Assembly (NCBI GenBank): GCA_016748015.1
Contig: JAAOMT010000135.1
Coordinates: 248,001-312,000 of the forward strand
DNA length: 64,000 nucleotides
Direction of reading: 5' to 3'
Source: Geosiphon pyriformis uo1
Taxonomy: Eukaryota; Fungi; Glomeromycota
Made by a program: the position numbers and the translations under genes. Position 1 is the first letter of the stretch; the number at the start of each line of letters is the position of its first letter. The notes under the pieces are model-generated. The model was not told the origin of the DNA and did no database searches. It was given only the letters and a program-made list of their open reading frames with translations. Positions 1 through 12,248 of this stretch are shown piece after piece.

Positions 1-1168
1 AGATCCGTCTTCAGCACACTTGGGAAGAGATGGAACAATTCAAAGAACCCTTGAACATTATTTTTGGCCTTACATGTAAAAAAACATTCAACAATATGTA
101 GAATCTTATAATAGTTGTCAAAAAAGAGGAAGAACTTGTCTCACAGAACCTTTAAATCCAATCAAAGTTGAACAATCTTTTGACAGAGTTGAAATTGATT
201 TAGTCGGACCATTACCTATCACAACCCAAGGAAATTGCTATATTGCAGTAGCAGTAGATTATCTTACCAAATGGCTTGAAGCTAGAGCCATCCAAAGAGT
301 AGATACAAAATCAGTAGCAAATTTCATCTATGAAGACATTATTTGTAGACATGGATGCCCAATTGAACTTTTATTTGATCAAGGAACACATTTTGTGAAC
401 AACTTGATACAAGAAATTTGTGAATGGTTCAATGTCAAAAGACTTTTATTATCATCTTATCACTCTTAAACAAATAGACTTGTAGAACATTTCAATAGAA
501 CATTGTGTGAATCTCTAGCCAAAGTCTCAACAGACTTTGAGCAGGAATAAGATATCTTTATTCCATCAGTGTTACTAGCATACAGAATGCTAAAACAAGA
601 TACTATAAAACACACACCATTTGATCTTACTTATGAGAGAACAGCAACATTACCAATTAATTTCACAGTAGAAACATACCCAGTGCAACCAATCAATAAA
701 AAAAACTTTCAAGAAACACTCCAAAGAAGGATCTACACTCTTTTTAGTACACTGGAAGGAAAAAAAAGAATAACAGCAACTCATATTGAACATTTCCAAG
801 CTCAACAAAAAGAAAGATATGACAACAAATTACCACCTATTACCAACAAATTTAAAGTTGGAAATAAAGTTCTCTTACACAGAACTAAGGCTGAAAAACA
901 ATGGAGTGGGAAATTTGAAAACAAATAGGATAGACCATTTTATATTCACGAAATTCTAGGCAATGAATCATACAAGTTAAGACTTAATGACAAAATACTA
1001 GCAAAAGTTGCACATAAAGACAGATTGAAACACTATCATTCCAGAAACAATCCTGAACTATTAATTCCACAAATTGGTATACATTCTTCTTTAATTAATC
1101 CTGAAGATATTTCCCAAAATTTAGAACCAATAATTATAATAGAACAACAACCAAACTTGAACACTTAA
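1..1168 (+). pseudogene. Retrotransposon integrase (rve core plus GPY/F C-terminal region), in-frame stops
   Basis: ORF 569-928 and in-frame flanks; KVGNKVLL..GKFENK(W)D(G)PFYIHEILGN.SYKL..RLKHYH. Confidence 0.85.
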
Positions 1169-1349
1169 ATTTTACAATAATTCTCTAATAAAAACACAAA
1201 GACAAAAAATAGTAAATAATTACAAAAAAAAAACACCCAAATCCAAACACAAATAAAAACCCCATATCCAAAAAATAATTTTCTTTATTCTCCCTTTTCA
1301 TAATTAGTCAATTTTATCATAATTATTCCCCAAAATATCCCAAAAGTTA

Positions 1350-2015
1350 ATGTTAGCCTTGAAAACACTTCCTGACTTATCCATAACAATTAATAGAAGT
1401 CAAATTAATTACATTCAGAAAGAAACCACAGCCCCAGTAGCAAATCATTCACAGAACTATCACTCTTATAGAAAAAAAACAAGAAGTTACTCTGAAAATA
1501 GGTTATCAAGACTTTTAAAGCAAGCACTGGAAAAAAATCTTTTAATTGCTCCTATTGACATTTTACCAAATACCACAATACAACAAAAACTTCTACTACT
1601 TCTCAATAAACAGAACAATGAACACACCTCTTTCTATAAATACATTCACATTGGAAAGACACTTTATGAATGAAAACTGAAACTTGAAGCAACAAATCTT
1701 ATTCCTGAAGCTATACAAAAGCAAATCCACAATAAATTCAAAACAGCAGCTGGACCAACAAACACTCACTACAAATTTAGAGCAGCTTTTAGACTCTATG
1801 ATTTGTTTAATACTTGTGAAAATATTCTACAAAATCTAATACTGCAACCAATAAAAGTCCAATACATTGGCAAACTCACAGAACTGAAATTTCAACAATT
1901 TTCAGACCAGATTACTTCAATTATTTTGGATCACTATCTCAATATTACAGATAGTGCTTGGACTTCGATGGAGCTCAGTCTTGAGGAGGAGATCATGTTA
2001 CCAGTAGAATTTTAG
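1350..2015 (+). pseudogene. Extra ORF3 of Ty3/gypsy family 1, unknown function
   Basis: ORFs 1350-1673 and 1803-2015 share a frame and are separated by one TGA (1671-1673, likely from CGA); the frame runs through the PPT into the LTR. Confidence 0.7.
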
Positions 2016-2578
2016 CTATTAATTAGCAGGAAAAATACTCTTATAATTCCTATAATTAATTAGTATATTAATATTATTTCAAATTATCATTTATTATCAC
2101 ATATCACGATTCAATTAAATAATCCAATTAGTATAACAGAAAGTAGGATGATCAAATTACACAATACTCTAAACTTTGTAACATTCTAAAATTCGCCGAA
2201 ATTTACAGAAATTTGCCAAAATTTATAAGAAATTCGCCGAAATTTATAGAAATTTGCTGAAATTATGAATAGTTCACTCAAATTAATTAATAGTTCAACG
2301 AAATAACTTGTAGTTCATCAAAATGTATCTTTAGTTTGCTGAAATTTGAGCAAAGAGAAAAAGTGCAAGTTCATAGACTAGTACTACAACAAGTTGTATA
2401 AAAAAAGAGCTTTTCTCTTCAAAAAAATGTATCTTCTCATAGTATCTTATCATAGTAACTTACTTCAAATATCTTAATTGGAACAAATTACTTTTTACAA
2501 AATCAAATAAAAATTAAAATATTCAAAAACCAAATCCTTAAAATTATTACACTTGAAATTCCCTCAACACAACTAACA
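1996..2578 (+). repeat. Putative 3' LTR of family 1 with internal ~20-bp tandem repeats
   Basis: TGTTA...TAACA termini following a PPT; imperfect repeats of AATTCGCCGAAATTTAYAGA at ~2190-2265. Confidence 0.6.
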
Positions 2579-2927
2579 TTTTGAAATTGATTAGCTACCA
2601 ATTTTAGTAATCTGTTAGTGACTCCAGGCCTGAATAGAAAACGTTTCTCTTAATAAAATCTTATTTCTTTTATATTTCTTTTATTTTTATTTTCTTTTCT
2701 TATTACAATCATTAGGGTAGCCTACAGATGAGATTTCTGTAGAAAAGTTGACTTTCACAGCAAAGTAACTACACATTTTTAGTAAGCTTCCAGATGAGCA
2801 ATTCCTGAGAAAGAGTTGACATTTACTACAACATAACTACATAAAGTAACTGGTATGGAATTGGCCATTCCACTTATAAGTCCAGCAGTTCAAATTATAG
2901 AAGATAATTTAAAGATAAATTCAGTTA

Positions 2928-4738
2928 TTGGAGGTTCAACTACTTCTAGAAAACGTGAATTTGCAACCAACAGACAGTTACAACATTCAAGAAAAGAGAC
3001 CAAAAACCTCTGGTAACACTGAGAATATTTTGGTAGAAAGAGATGTTATTGAAACAACTGGTATTCATTCACAAATTTCTGAGTCTGGTGACACTACTGA
3101 GTCTGAGAGTATTGACATGGAAAAAGAGTGCCTTGTTGAGGAGACCAGTATTGATTATGGAAAAAGGGATGCCTTTAATGGTGGGGACCCCAACCAAATA
3201 CTGAAGAGCTTAGGTCTCAAAATTAAGACCAAAAAAGTTTTAGGCAAACCACTGGACAAAATCAACTTTGAAGACAGCTTTGATAATGGTGACTTTCTGG
3301 ATGAGTTTGCTCTCCTTCCACCTTCTCTTCTACTCAAATCTTTGGTTCAGGTTTCTGTTCACAAATCTTTTACTTTGGATATTGATCTTGTGGCTGTTGC
3401 TGGGAAATTCTTTCAAGAAAAATCAAATTTTATCAAAAAAATTTTTTTAGGTGTGAATGGTTTTGTGGAGACCTTTACTCCTTCAAAATTTGGTGGTATT
3501 ATCTGTGCAACTTTTACTTCTGAAAAGGCAATAATGGCTGCAGCAAATTTGGCAAATAAGCATGGTGTTGTGGTAAACATTAATCTCAAGCACTCTGGCT
3601 ACAATCATATGAATTGAGCAATTGTGCTAAAAGAAATTCCTATGGAAACTTCTATTGAGGCTGTGCGTGCTGCTGTATTCGAGTTTGGGGTAATTAAGTT
3701 GATCAAAATGCAACTGGTGGGTTTGTGGCAAAAGGCATTCATCAAATTAGAGGATTAGAATCAGGCTGATCTCTTGGCATTTATGTGGTCTATCCTTATT
3801 GAGAAAAATGCAGTTCGTGTGGTCAGGACTGACATTAACAAACAAACATGGGACTCCAGAGACAGATTCAGAATATTACTCTACACTCTTTCTGTAGGAA
3901 TGAATGCACATGATTTGTGGAATTTTCTTGTTTCAGTTGGTGGAAAAACATGCATCATCGACCATAATTCTGTCAACTACACTCATGCATGCTGTGCCAC
4001 TGTGTGTTTTGACTCTGAGGAAGATATGAACTGGGCTGTAGCTGTTATGCCAGTTATAAAAGGTGTTGGTCTCCATTGGTCGTGTTTGTCTTTTCTTGTA
4101 TGCTCTGCTTGTGATTCTCTTGGCCATACTTCTTTGTTCTGTAAATCAGTTGGAGTCTCTCTCATACCCAAGAACAAGAGGGCTCCTCTTTTAGCTCATG
4201 ATTAATTTAGATTGGCAAAAATTTATGAAAAAAATTGGCACCTATCTCCTGTCCTTTGGCTTTTGGTGGGAAAACTTGGGCGTTGGTGGCTGGCTCTTCT
4301 CTTTTGGGTGGTTCTCTTGGCTATGATTTTTAACTTGGTTCTTTAAAAAATGGTAAACCTCTTCCTCCTGTGGTAAATGATTTAGAATCATGTCTAGTTA
4401 ATATTGAAAGCAGTCTTGTCAACCTCATGGGACAAATTAATGAGTTGGTTAAAAGGTTGGAGTCATTCATGCTGGCAGTTTCCCAGCCTAGCTCTGGATG
4501 TTAGCTGCTAGTAACTACCTTATCACAGAATCAAGAGGAGGATATAGTGATGGAAGTGGGTTTGGGTGAAGCCACTAGTGGCAAGACTGCTGCCATTTTG
4601 GGTTTAAATGTCTTACTTGAGGTTGTAAAACTGGAAAACATGTTGGAAGGTCTCTCTGCTTTGGTCATAAGTCTTTCGGCATGCTTAAATGGTTTGGCTT
4701 TGGTGGGTGGTACTCCTTCTCTACCTCTTTTTCAATGA
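2928..4738 (+). pseudogene. LINE ORF1 (nucleic-acid chaperone with zinc knuckle)
   Basis: Fragments 2928-3617, 3774-4205 and 4547-4738; C-x2-C-x4-H-x4-C motif CSACDSLGHTSLFC; C-terminal coiled-coil-like segment. Confidence 0.8.
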
Positions 4739-7700
4739 ATAGTCTGGTGTAGAAAATTGCAATGTGTAATGTTTGTGGGTTGAACAATCCTGCGAAACAA
4801 GATGATGTTATTTGTTGACACAATGATATAAACAATTTGGTTTCTATTTTTACGGAGTCGAAACTTAAAAGGAGAGTTTGCCCATAGTTGGCCAACAAAT
4901 TTGATGGTGTTTGGGTTTTTACTTCTGGTCTGGATTCTGGTTTTCTGGGTGCTGGTGTGATGATTGTCATGAATTCTTCTTTGGCTAAACATGTTTGCAA
5001 AATCTCTAAGATGCCTGGTCGGCTCCTATCTATTAGGTTGCTTTTCAAGAATAAACTTTCAGTGTCTATTTTAGGGCTCTATGCTGGTGCTTCATCAGTG
5101 GTTTGGTTTTCTCAGGCTGGTGAAATCAATTCTCTCATTGCTAAGACTGTTAATAAGTCTTCTTTTGTTATCTTTGATGGTGATTTTAATGAAGATGGTT
5201 TTCAGAAGTGTGCGAGTTTTAAAAAGTGCCTTGAGTTGGGATTGGTTAACTCTTTGATTGGAAGTCTGGCCATTAGAATGTCCACTTGGGTGAACTCTAG
5301 AGATGTCACGAAAACTATTAATTATGTGTTTGTTTTACCAAATCTGGTCAATTCTTTGGTACATCATGGTGTTTCAGATGTTGGTGATTATTTTGATACA
5401 GACCACCAAGCTGTGTCTGTATTTCTGGACCTAAGTGGTTTGCTGAATACACACTTGTTTTTTTTTTACAAGCAGACAAATAAAAATTGTTGGAAATTTA
5501 ATGTCAAAAATGCCAGTGAGACTAAATAGCTTGAGTTTAAGAATGCTACGGCTACTAATGCTGCTATGTTTTCAGGAATGTTTAGTGATACTGTGAAATT
5601 TTCTGATCTTGGCATTATATGGGATGTTATTTGCAAGATTATGGTTCTTTCAGCTGGTGGTATTTTCAAAAAAAGATGGTTCAAGGGTTTTGATACAGTT
5701 CATAATAGGGTATCATCTAGGTTTTCAAGCTGGTGAAGGCTTCTTGTTTGAGTTCTAGTGTCAGTTTTGCTTCACTTTTGGTTATATGAGACAACCTTGA
5801 CTTTGCTGGTGCATTATCGGTGAAATCTATGTTCCATTCTGGTGCTAAATTTGATGATATTTGTTCTGCTCTGGCCAAAGTAAGGAGGTTATACCACTCT
5901 TCAAAATTACTGGAGTCTAAGCATGCTGAGAAATCTTACATTAGGCAGGCTATTAACAATAGAATGGAAAGTTTTGAACTAGATAAGGGTCATACAATCA
6001 GAAGTGTGTTGGAGCATTCTTTTCGCAAAGTGGTTTTGGACTATTTGGTTGTGAATGATGAGTTGGTTCTTGAACTTGATTTGGTGAAGTCCAAGATGGA
6101 TGCTATTATGGAAGGATGGACCAGGAAATGTGTAGTGGTTGATAATATCTCTGATACTTGGTCTCATCAATACAAACCTTTGGACTACATTTTTAATGAT
6201 GTTTTTTCTGAGGTAATGAGTGAAATTGATGTTGATAAATTGCATTGTGTGATTTCCAGTCTGCCTGATGGGAAAGCTGCTGGTCTCTTGGGTATCTCTA
6301 ATGAGCTTTGAAAACATTGTGATAAATTGATTTTGGGTTTGCTTTTGGTTCTTCTGAATTCTTGTTTGTCTTGTGAGTTAGTGCCTGGCTCTTGGAAGGA
6401 GGCTTGGGTTTTGATGATTTCCAAATCTTATAAGTGGAAGGGTGTTTTCACGAATACTTGTCCTATTGCCTTGATTAAAACAGCTCACAAGATTCTCTCC
6501 AAGATTCTTTCAGATAGGATCTCACTGGCTTGCAGCTCCTATGATGTCTTGTGTGGTGACAATTTTTCAGTTTTAAAGGGTATGACAACTCAGTCTCCTA
6601 TTTTTGCAGTTGGCTCAGTAATTGAGAATGCTTTGGAAAAGAACCGAGAACTCTGGCTTGTTCTACAGGACATGCAGAAGGCATATAATTCAGTTGGCTG
6701 GGAGCATCTTGAAAGAAGTTTGGTCAGGATCAAAATGTGTAGTAAATTTGTTCACTTTTTTGGTAGTATTTATAAGAACCAAACCAACCGTGTCATAACA
6801 GATTTTGGTTTAACCAATGGTTATCAGGTGTTTGATGGGTTGGACCAAGGAGAAGTTTTTTCCTTTCTGCTGTGGCACATATTTTATGATCCTTTTTTGT
6901 GTGAAGTCAAGTGTCAAGAAAGTGTGTGTGGTTATAGGCTCAATTCTTATTTTGTTTTTAGAAATGGTCGGACTGAGTCTTAGACTGGGCTTTTTTCTTT
7001 CTTTACTGCTGGTGTCTTTGTTGATAATACTATTTGGGTTGGTGGCAGTCAGGCTGCTACTCAGCATATTTTCAACATTGCTAGTGAATTTTTTAGAGTC
7101 AATAACATTTCAATTAATAATGACAAAACTGTGGCTATTCCAATCAATTGTAGGGTCAGTATTCCATTTCTTTTTATTAGTGGTTTGCCTATTTCAGTTG
7201 TCTGTAGAGAGGAATCTCATCAGTATCTCAGTATCTTTTTGTCGACTGAGGGTCTTTCAAAGCCTAGCTTGGCTAAGGCACATTTGGATAATTGTTTTTT
7301 TTACTAATTTGGTTCTGAGGAAAGCAGTTTCAGATAAGCAATTCTTGTATCTGGTGTCAGCAGTTCTCTATTCTATAATTGGTTACAGAATGCAGTTTAG
7401 CTATATTCCTATTGGTGTGTGTAATAAATAGAATGCTTTGATTCACAGGAGCTTGAAATTGAAAGCTGGTCTCCCACTGGATTTTTCCAGTGATACTATT
7501 CACTATCCCTCCTTTTATGGTTTAAAGTTGTTTTCACACTGTCAATCTGAGAGTAAAGTGGCTTTGCTTATTAGTTTTGCAAACTCTGGTGGGATTTTGG
7601 GGTGTCTGTTCACAGGTTACATGATTTACAGATTCTGTGTTGGCAGCCTGTTTACTCACTGATCTCTTCTGCTTGTATTCACGTTAATGTTTTCAATAAT

Positions 7701-9389
7701 TTCTTGGCTGGTGTGGTTTGCATTCTCCTTAATTGTAATTTGTCTTTGGATGGCTCTTTGACCAGTGCTTTTCAGTTTTGCAATAGGGTTCCTATGTCTG
7801 TTGTTCTTGGTGAATCTTTGTTTTTTAAGTTTTTATCTTTTCTCCAGCATTTTGGTATTGCTTTCATGGATCAGCTTCATAATCAACATGGTGTTGTTTT
7901 TAGCTGACACATCTTCAAGTAGTAGAAGAGGCTGAAACCTCGTGGCCCGGTTCTTGATTGGTTTGGATCTTCTATTGCATTTTTTGCAGCTTCTCATTTC
8001 TCTCCTGCAGCCTCAGTTGGTGCTGGTCTTTTTAACTTTTGTGAGTCTGATGGTTTTGTGTCTGTCTGTGATCGTCTTTTCCAGGTTAACATTGATAGTT
8101 TGTCAGTATATATGGATGGTTCTTTGAGAAATTTGGGCACAGTTGATTACAGAGCTGGAGCAGCTGTTTTTTTTGAGGACATTGATTTAGGTGTGGGTGT
8201 TGGTGTTCAAGATTTAGTGTTATCTACTTTGGCAGAGTTACAGACTATAGCATTGGCTTTGGAGTGTGTACCTGCAGCTTATTCTGTTAATTTGTTTTCA
8301 GATAGTCAAGCAGCTTTAGATGCTTATAAGTCTGAGTTAAGTCTGATGTGCCCTGACTTTCACAATCAATGTTGGGTTGAGCATCAGCATATTCGGAATG
8401 TTATCCACAGTAAGAATTTGAGAGTTAGCTGGCACAAAGTCAAGGGCCACTTCGGCATTTTAGGGAATGATCATGTTGATAGCATTGCTGATGTTGCTTC
8501 TCTATCTGGTTGGTATCTTCCTCCTTGTGTGGATGGATACTTTTTGTTGGCAGATGGTGGTGTTGTTTCTAGTAATTCTAGACACTTTGTTCGAGATGTT
8601 TGCTATGCAGTTTGTCGTGTACACTGGGAGATTGGTTCTGGTTTTGGATTTCTGGCTGGTAGTTTGTATTCAGATGTTGACTGGCTCAGCTCTTCAAGGG
8701 TTTGGCACCCTGATTTGCATATGGCCACCAGTTTTACTAGCAGGCTCACAGCTAATACTCGTACTTATCTTATGAAGGCTTTGCACCATCAGCTTCTTAT
8801 GGCTGTTTGAAGGCACATTTATAATAAATGTTACTCTAGTGTTCTGTGTCTGTATTGTGGTGAGGTAGAGGTTTCTGATTATGTGTTTTCTTGTGTGATT
8901 GATGATTTGGCTTGTCATCAGGTTCTGGAATCCTGCATGTCTTCTTGGAGGTTGCTTTCTGGGCTCTCTCTTCTCTCTTCAGTCATGTTGTAGTTAATGT
9001 TCACTTGTGCTCTAGATTTACTAGTTTTCTTGGCTCTCTACAAGGGTTTTGTTTTCAATGGTTGGCTTCAGGAGGCTGTTACTGTCTTCCATAACCCCAA
9101 GATTGCTGGTGTTAAAATTACTAATTTTGTGCACTCTATATGTTCCGCTTTTAGAAATAATATTTGGCTGGTCTATGCCAAGCATCATGCTTTTATGGAA
9201 AAGAATGGCCTGATTCCAATGGACAGGTTGTTTGTCATCTCTGTTTCTGGTTTGGTTTTGAGGCTTTCAGCTGGTGTGATTAAATTGTTTAGTATTACTG
9301 AAGCCTTTGGCATTCTTTTTGGATTTCGCAAGTCTTGTTCATTTTTTTCAGACATTGGTAATCTGGTGTCTGTTAACATAGTTGTGTAG
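4735..9389 (+). pseudogene. LINE ORF2: AP endonuclease, reverse transcriptase, RNase H, zinc finger
   Basis: APE: (W)KIAMCNV(R)GLN, GDFN, TDHQAV. RT: PIALI, QDMQKAYNSV, GLDQGEVFS, FVD(D)T at ~7018-7030. RNase H: VY(T)DGS, AELQ, SDSQAA, KVKGH..GND. Finger: CLYCGEVEVSD(H)VFSC at ~8847-8894. Many stops and frameshifts. Confidence 0.92.
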
Positions 9390-9892
9390 TATTGTCCTGA
9401 CTGGTTCAAGTGGCTGGTTACGTGTGGTAAAATGCATGATCTATGTCTAGTTTAGATTATTTCATTGATGTATAGTTCTAGGTGGTGTTTGGACCTCACT
9501 TGTTAAATGTAATAAAAAAAAAATTTTAATAAACTAAAATACATTTTAATAAGCTACAAATTATTTTTACCAAAGACTTAAAAAAGTGAAAACAGTTGTT
9601 TATTTCTGCTATTATTACACTAAATTTCTTTGTAGTTCTTAATAAAATCTTAGATAAAATCTTTATTGTATTATCTGGCCTATTATCTAAAATAAACTAA
9701 GATTAATTATTGACTATATTGTCAAAAATGGTGTTTTTTAGCAAATTATTGCCAGTTTTAAAAACAAAACAACAGTTTTTTGTTAAATTATCTATTCTTA
9801 AAAACTGGATTAATTAGATGGAAACTAATTTAATTTCTTTTCTGATTTCTGGTGCTGCTACTAATAGTGCTTGAAAAACTATTTTTAATTAT

Positions 9893-10762
9893 TATTACTC
9901 ATAGAAAAAAGAGTACTAAAAAAAACAAAAAAAACAGATTATAAAATAGATCAATAAAAAAATAGTACTTAACAAATAAGCACATGTTTAAAAAATTATA
10001 ACACAGTTTCAAAAATATGCATATTCTCAAAAAATAAACATATTTTTAAGAATAAACACATATCTAAAAAGTAGTATAAAAAAAGTAAAAATATGTAAGA
10101 TCTTATATAATACAAATTATATATATATAACAAAAGTATTAAAAGCAGAAAAAAAATAGTAATTACTAAACAATAGTTAAAAATAAGTAATTATTTAATA
10201 TTTTTTCCTTTAAAAAATAGTTTTTTATAACTTAAAATAGAATTATATTTATATTAATAAAAATATTTATTATTATTCAATTTATATTGTTATTATTTAA
10301 TTAAAAAATATTAATTACTGCTGTATTATCAACAATTTATGTTAATAGAATTTGATACTTAATTATACTAAACTAATAGCTCTTAATTATGACTATTAAT
10401 AGAATATTAATTTTTTATTTTTTATTATTTTTTATTATTTTTTATTATTATTTTTTTTTTGTTGTTTATTAATTGATTAAGAAATTAAGTACTAAGTAAT
10501 TGATATCAAGAATAGTCTGGTAAAAAACTTATGAAACAAAGATAGTTTACCAAAAGAGCATAACTGTTAAAATAAATTGGCCACTACATTAAAGACAGAA
10601 ATTGAAAAAAAACCATTACTTAAATCTTTGTTCATTATATAAAAAACTCAACCAAAACTTTCAGACTCCAAAATCTTCAAAAATTATCATTATTAATAGC
10701 TATTAAACACCAAATTACAGATTTGTTATTTGTTTTAACACCTTATATAATTATTTGTAATA
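9893..10762 (+). repeat. Solo LTR, family X, copy 1
   Basis: Termini TATTAC/GTAATA (decayed TGTTAC/GTAACA), 4-bp TSD TTAT (9889-9892, 10763-10766); homologous to 25047-25842 and to the reverse complement of 11324-11554 plus 19219-19842. Confidence 0.75.
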
Positions 10763-11554
10763 TTATCAAAGATTTGCTAAATGAGTAGTCTTTACTTTAA
10801 TGCCTAGTATTATCTTTAAGATCAAATTGGCTTATATTAAGACTGTTTTTTAATCTATACATGGTTTTTTGGATGCAAAATCAGTATTAAAAAACAATAT
10901 AAAGCTTTTTTATGTGGAATTTGCTTTGCAAAAATTTTTGAAAGCTGTATTTTTGGTTGAGTTTACAAGTTCTGTTTGTTTGACCACTTTTAAAATTGCT
11001 AAGTTTTTGGTAATTTCTGAGTCTGGTCTTTTTTTTGCTGCTATTATATTATATAATGTGTTTTTAGATATATCTGTTATTAATATTAAGATAGTTTTTA
11101 GTGTGTTTGATGAAATTTTTTGTGTTGTGCTAAAGCCAATTGGCATTTGACAATATGTAGTAATTTACTTTAAGATTTTAAATACTGTAGTATTTGTTTT
11201 GAATTATTGATTAGTTTTGTTAAGCAAAAATAATATTAGAATTCTTTTTTTGTAAATTAAAATAAGACTATGCTGTCTTGTAATAAGTTTAAGACCAAGT
11301 TAATTAATTTTTCTCTTGCTTGTTGTTACAAGTGATTATTTGGGGTCTTAAATCAAATAACAAATCCATAACTTGATGCTAATTCATTTTGATGACATTG
11401 GTAATATCTGTAGATTGTTGGTATCTAAAGATTTTGGTTGAGTCTTTTGTATAATGGACAGAAATTTAATTGTTGTTTTAATAGTCTCCCAAAATCGCAA
11501 TTCTGTCAAATTTTTTTCTTAGTGTAGTGGCTAGTAATTCTCTTGGTAAGCTAT

Positions 11555-12196
11555 TGTTATGGTTGAAACCCATAGTTTTTATTAGTTATTACATGTATTA
11601 GCCACTGATGTCATATAATTAGCCACTTTATTTTTAGATAGTGATCATTGACCTGATCAATGACCTAACCGTTAACCACTTTAGATAGCTATATAAGCAA
11701 TGATTCCCTTAGCTGTAGAAAAACATGATTAAAGTAATGAAATAAACAATATCAATTACTTCCTCTTATAATCACTTATTCCCCTTTCCTTACCTTTAAG
11801 TATCTACTTGTTGGTATTCACATACCTTATCTTTTCCCCTTTTTGATTTGTATTTGTTAGAATTAGCCTAAGAAGCAATTGGCTTGCTCTTGTAATTTAT
11901 TGAATAAAGAAATGATTGAAAAGTACAATGATACCTGTTATTGATTCTAAGAATTGCTGAGTTAAGGCATAGAATAATAGCAATGATGTTATTTTGTTGA
12001 CAATCACAGACTATCCCTCTACCTTCAGATTTAAGAAAAGATTAGTGACTGTGATTTTTATGAAACTGATCACGCACATTGAATTCCTACTTATTCAATT
12101 TGCTCCCTTATTGTAATTCTCTCTTTGTTTATTTCTATCACCATACAATACTGTTCTCCCTTGCTATCCGTTAGCTTGTTACTCCAACCCGTAACA
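11555..12196 (+). repeat. 5' LTR, copy A
   Basis: TGTTATGG...CCGTAACA; direct repeat of 18529-19218; TATATAA at ~11690. Confidence 0.95.
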
Positions 12197-12202
12197 TAAA
12201 AG

Positions 12203-12219
12203 TGGTGCTCCTTGTGGGA
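12203..12219 (+). other. Primer binding site, probably tRNA-Ile(UAU)
   Basis: TGGTGCTCCTTGTGGG (copy B: TGGTGCTCCCTGTGAGG), 6 nt after the LTR; complementary to the 3' end typical of eukaryotic tRNA-Ile(UAU), ...CCTCACNNGGAGCACCA. Confidence 0.65.
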
Positions 12220-12248
12220 TTGTCAAAATTCACTTATTCTTTCATTGT

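Larger units (their letters stand above)
1..2578 (+). mobile_element. 3' part of Ty3/gypsy LTR retrotransposon (family 1): integrase, ORF3, PPT, 3' LTR
   Basis: Degenerate integrase (FDRVEIDLVGPLP, DYLTKWLEA, FNRTLCESL), purine tract GAGGAGGAGA ~1983-1992, then TGTTA at 1996 and TAACA at 2574-2578. The LTR end cannot be confirmed because the 5' LTR lies outside the window. Confidence 0.85.
2856..9523 (+). mobile_element. LINE (non-LTR retrotransposon): ORF1 plus ORF2 APE-RT-RNaseH-CCHC, degenerate; 5' boundary uncertain (2.6-3.1 kb)
   Basis: ORF1 with CCHC knuckle, ORF2 domains, ~120-bp 3' UTR ending AATAAAAAAAAAA at 9511-9523. Confidence 0.92.

Noticed and set aside
3155-9409. Many short antisense and alternate-frame ORFs across the LINE and Ty3 copies
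   Set aside because: Shadows of degenerate TE coding sequence.
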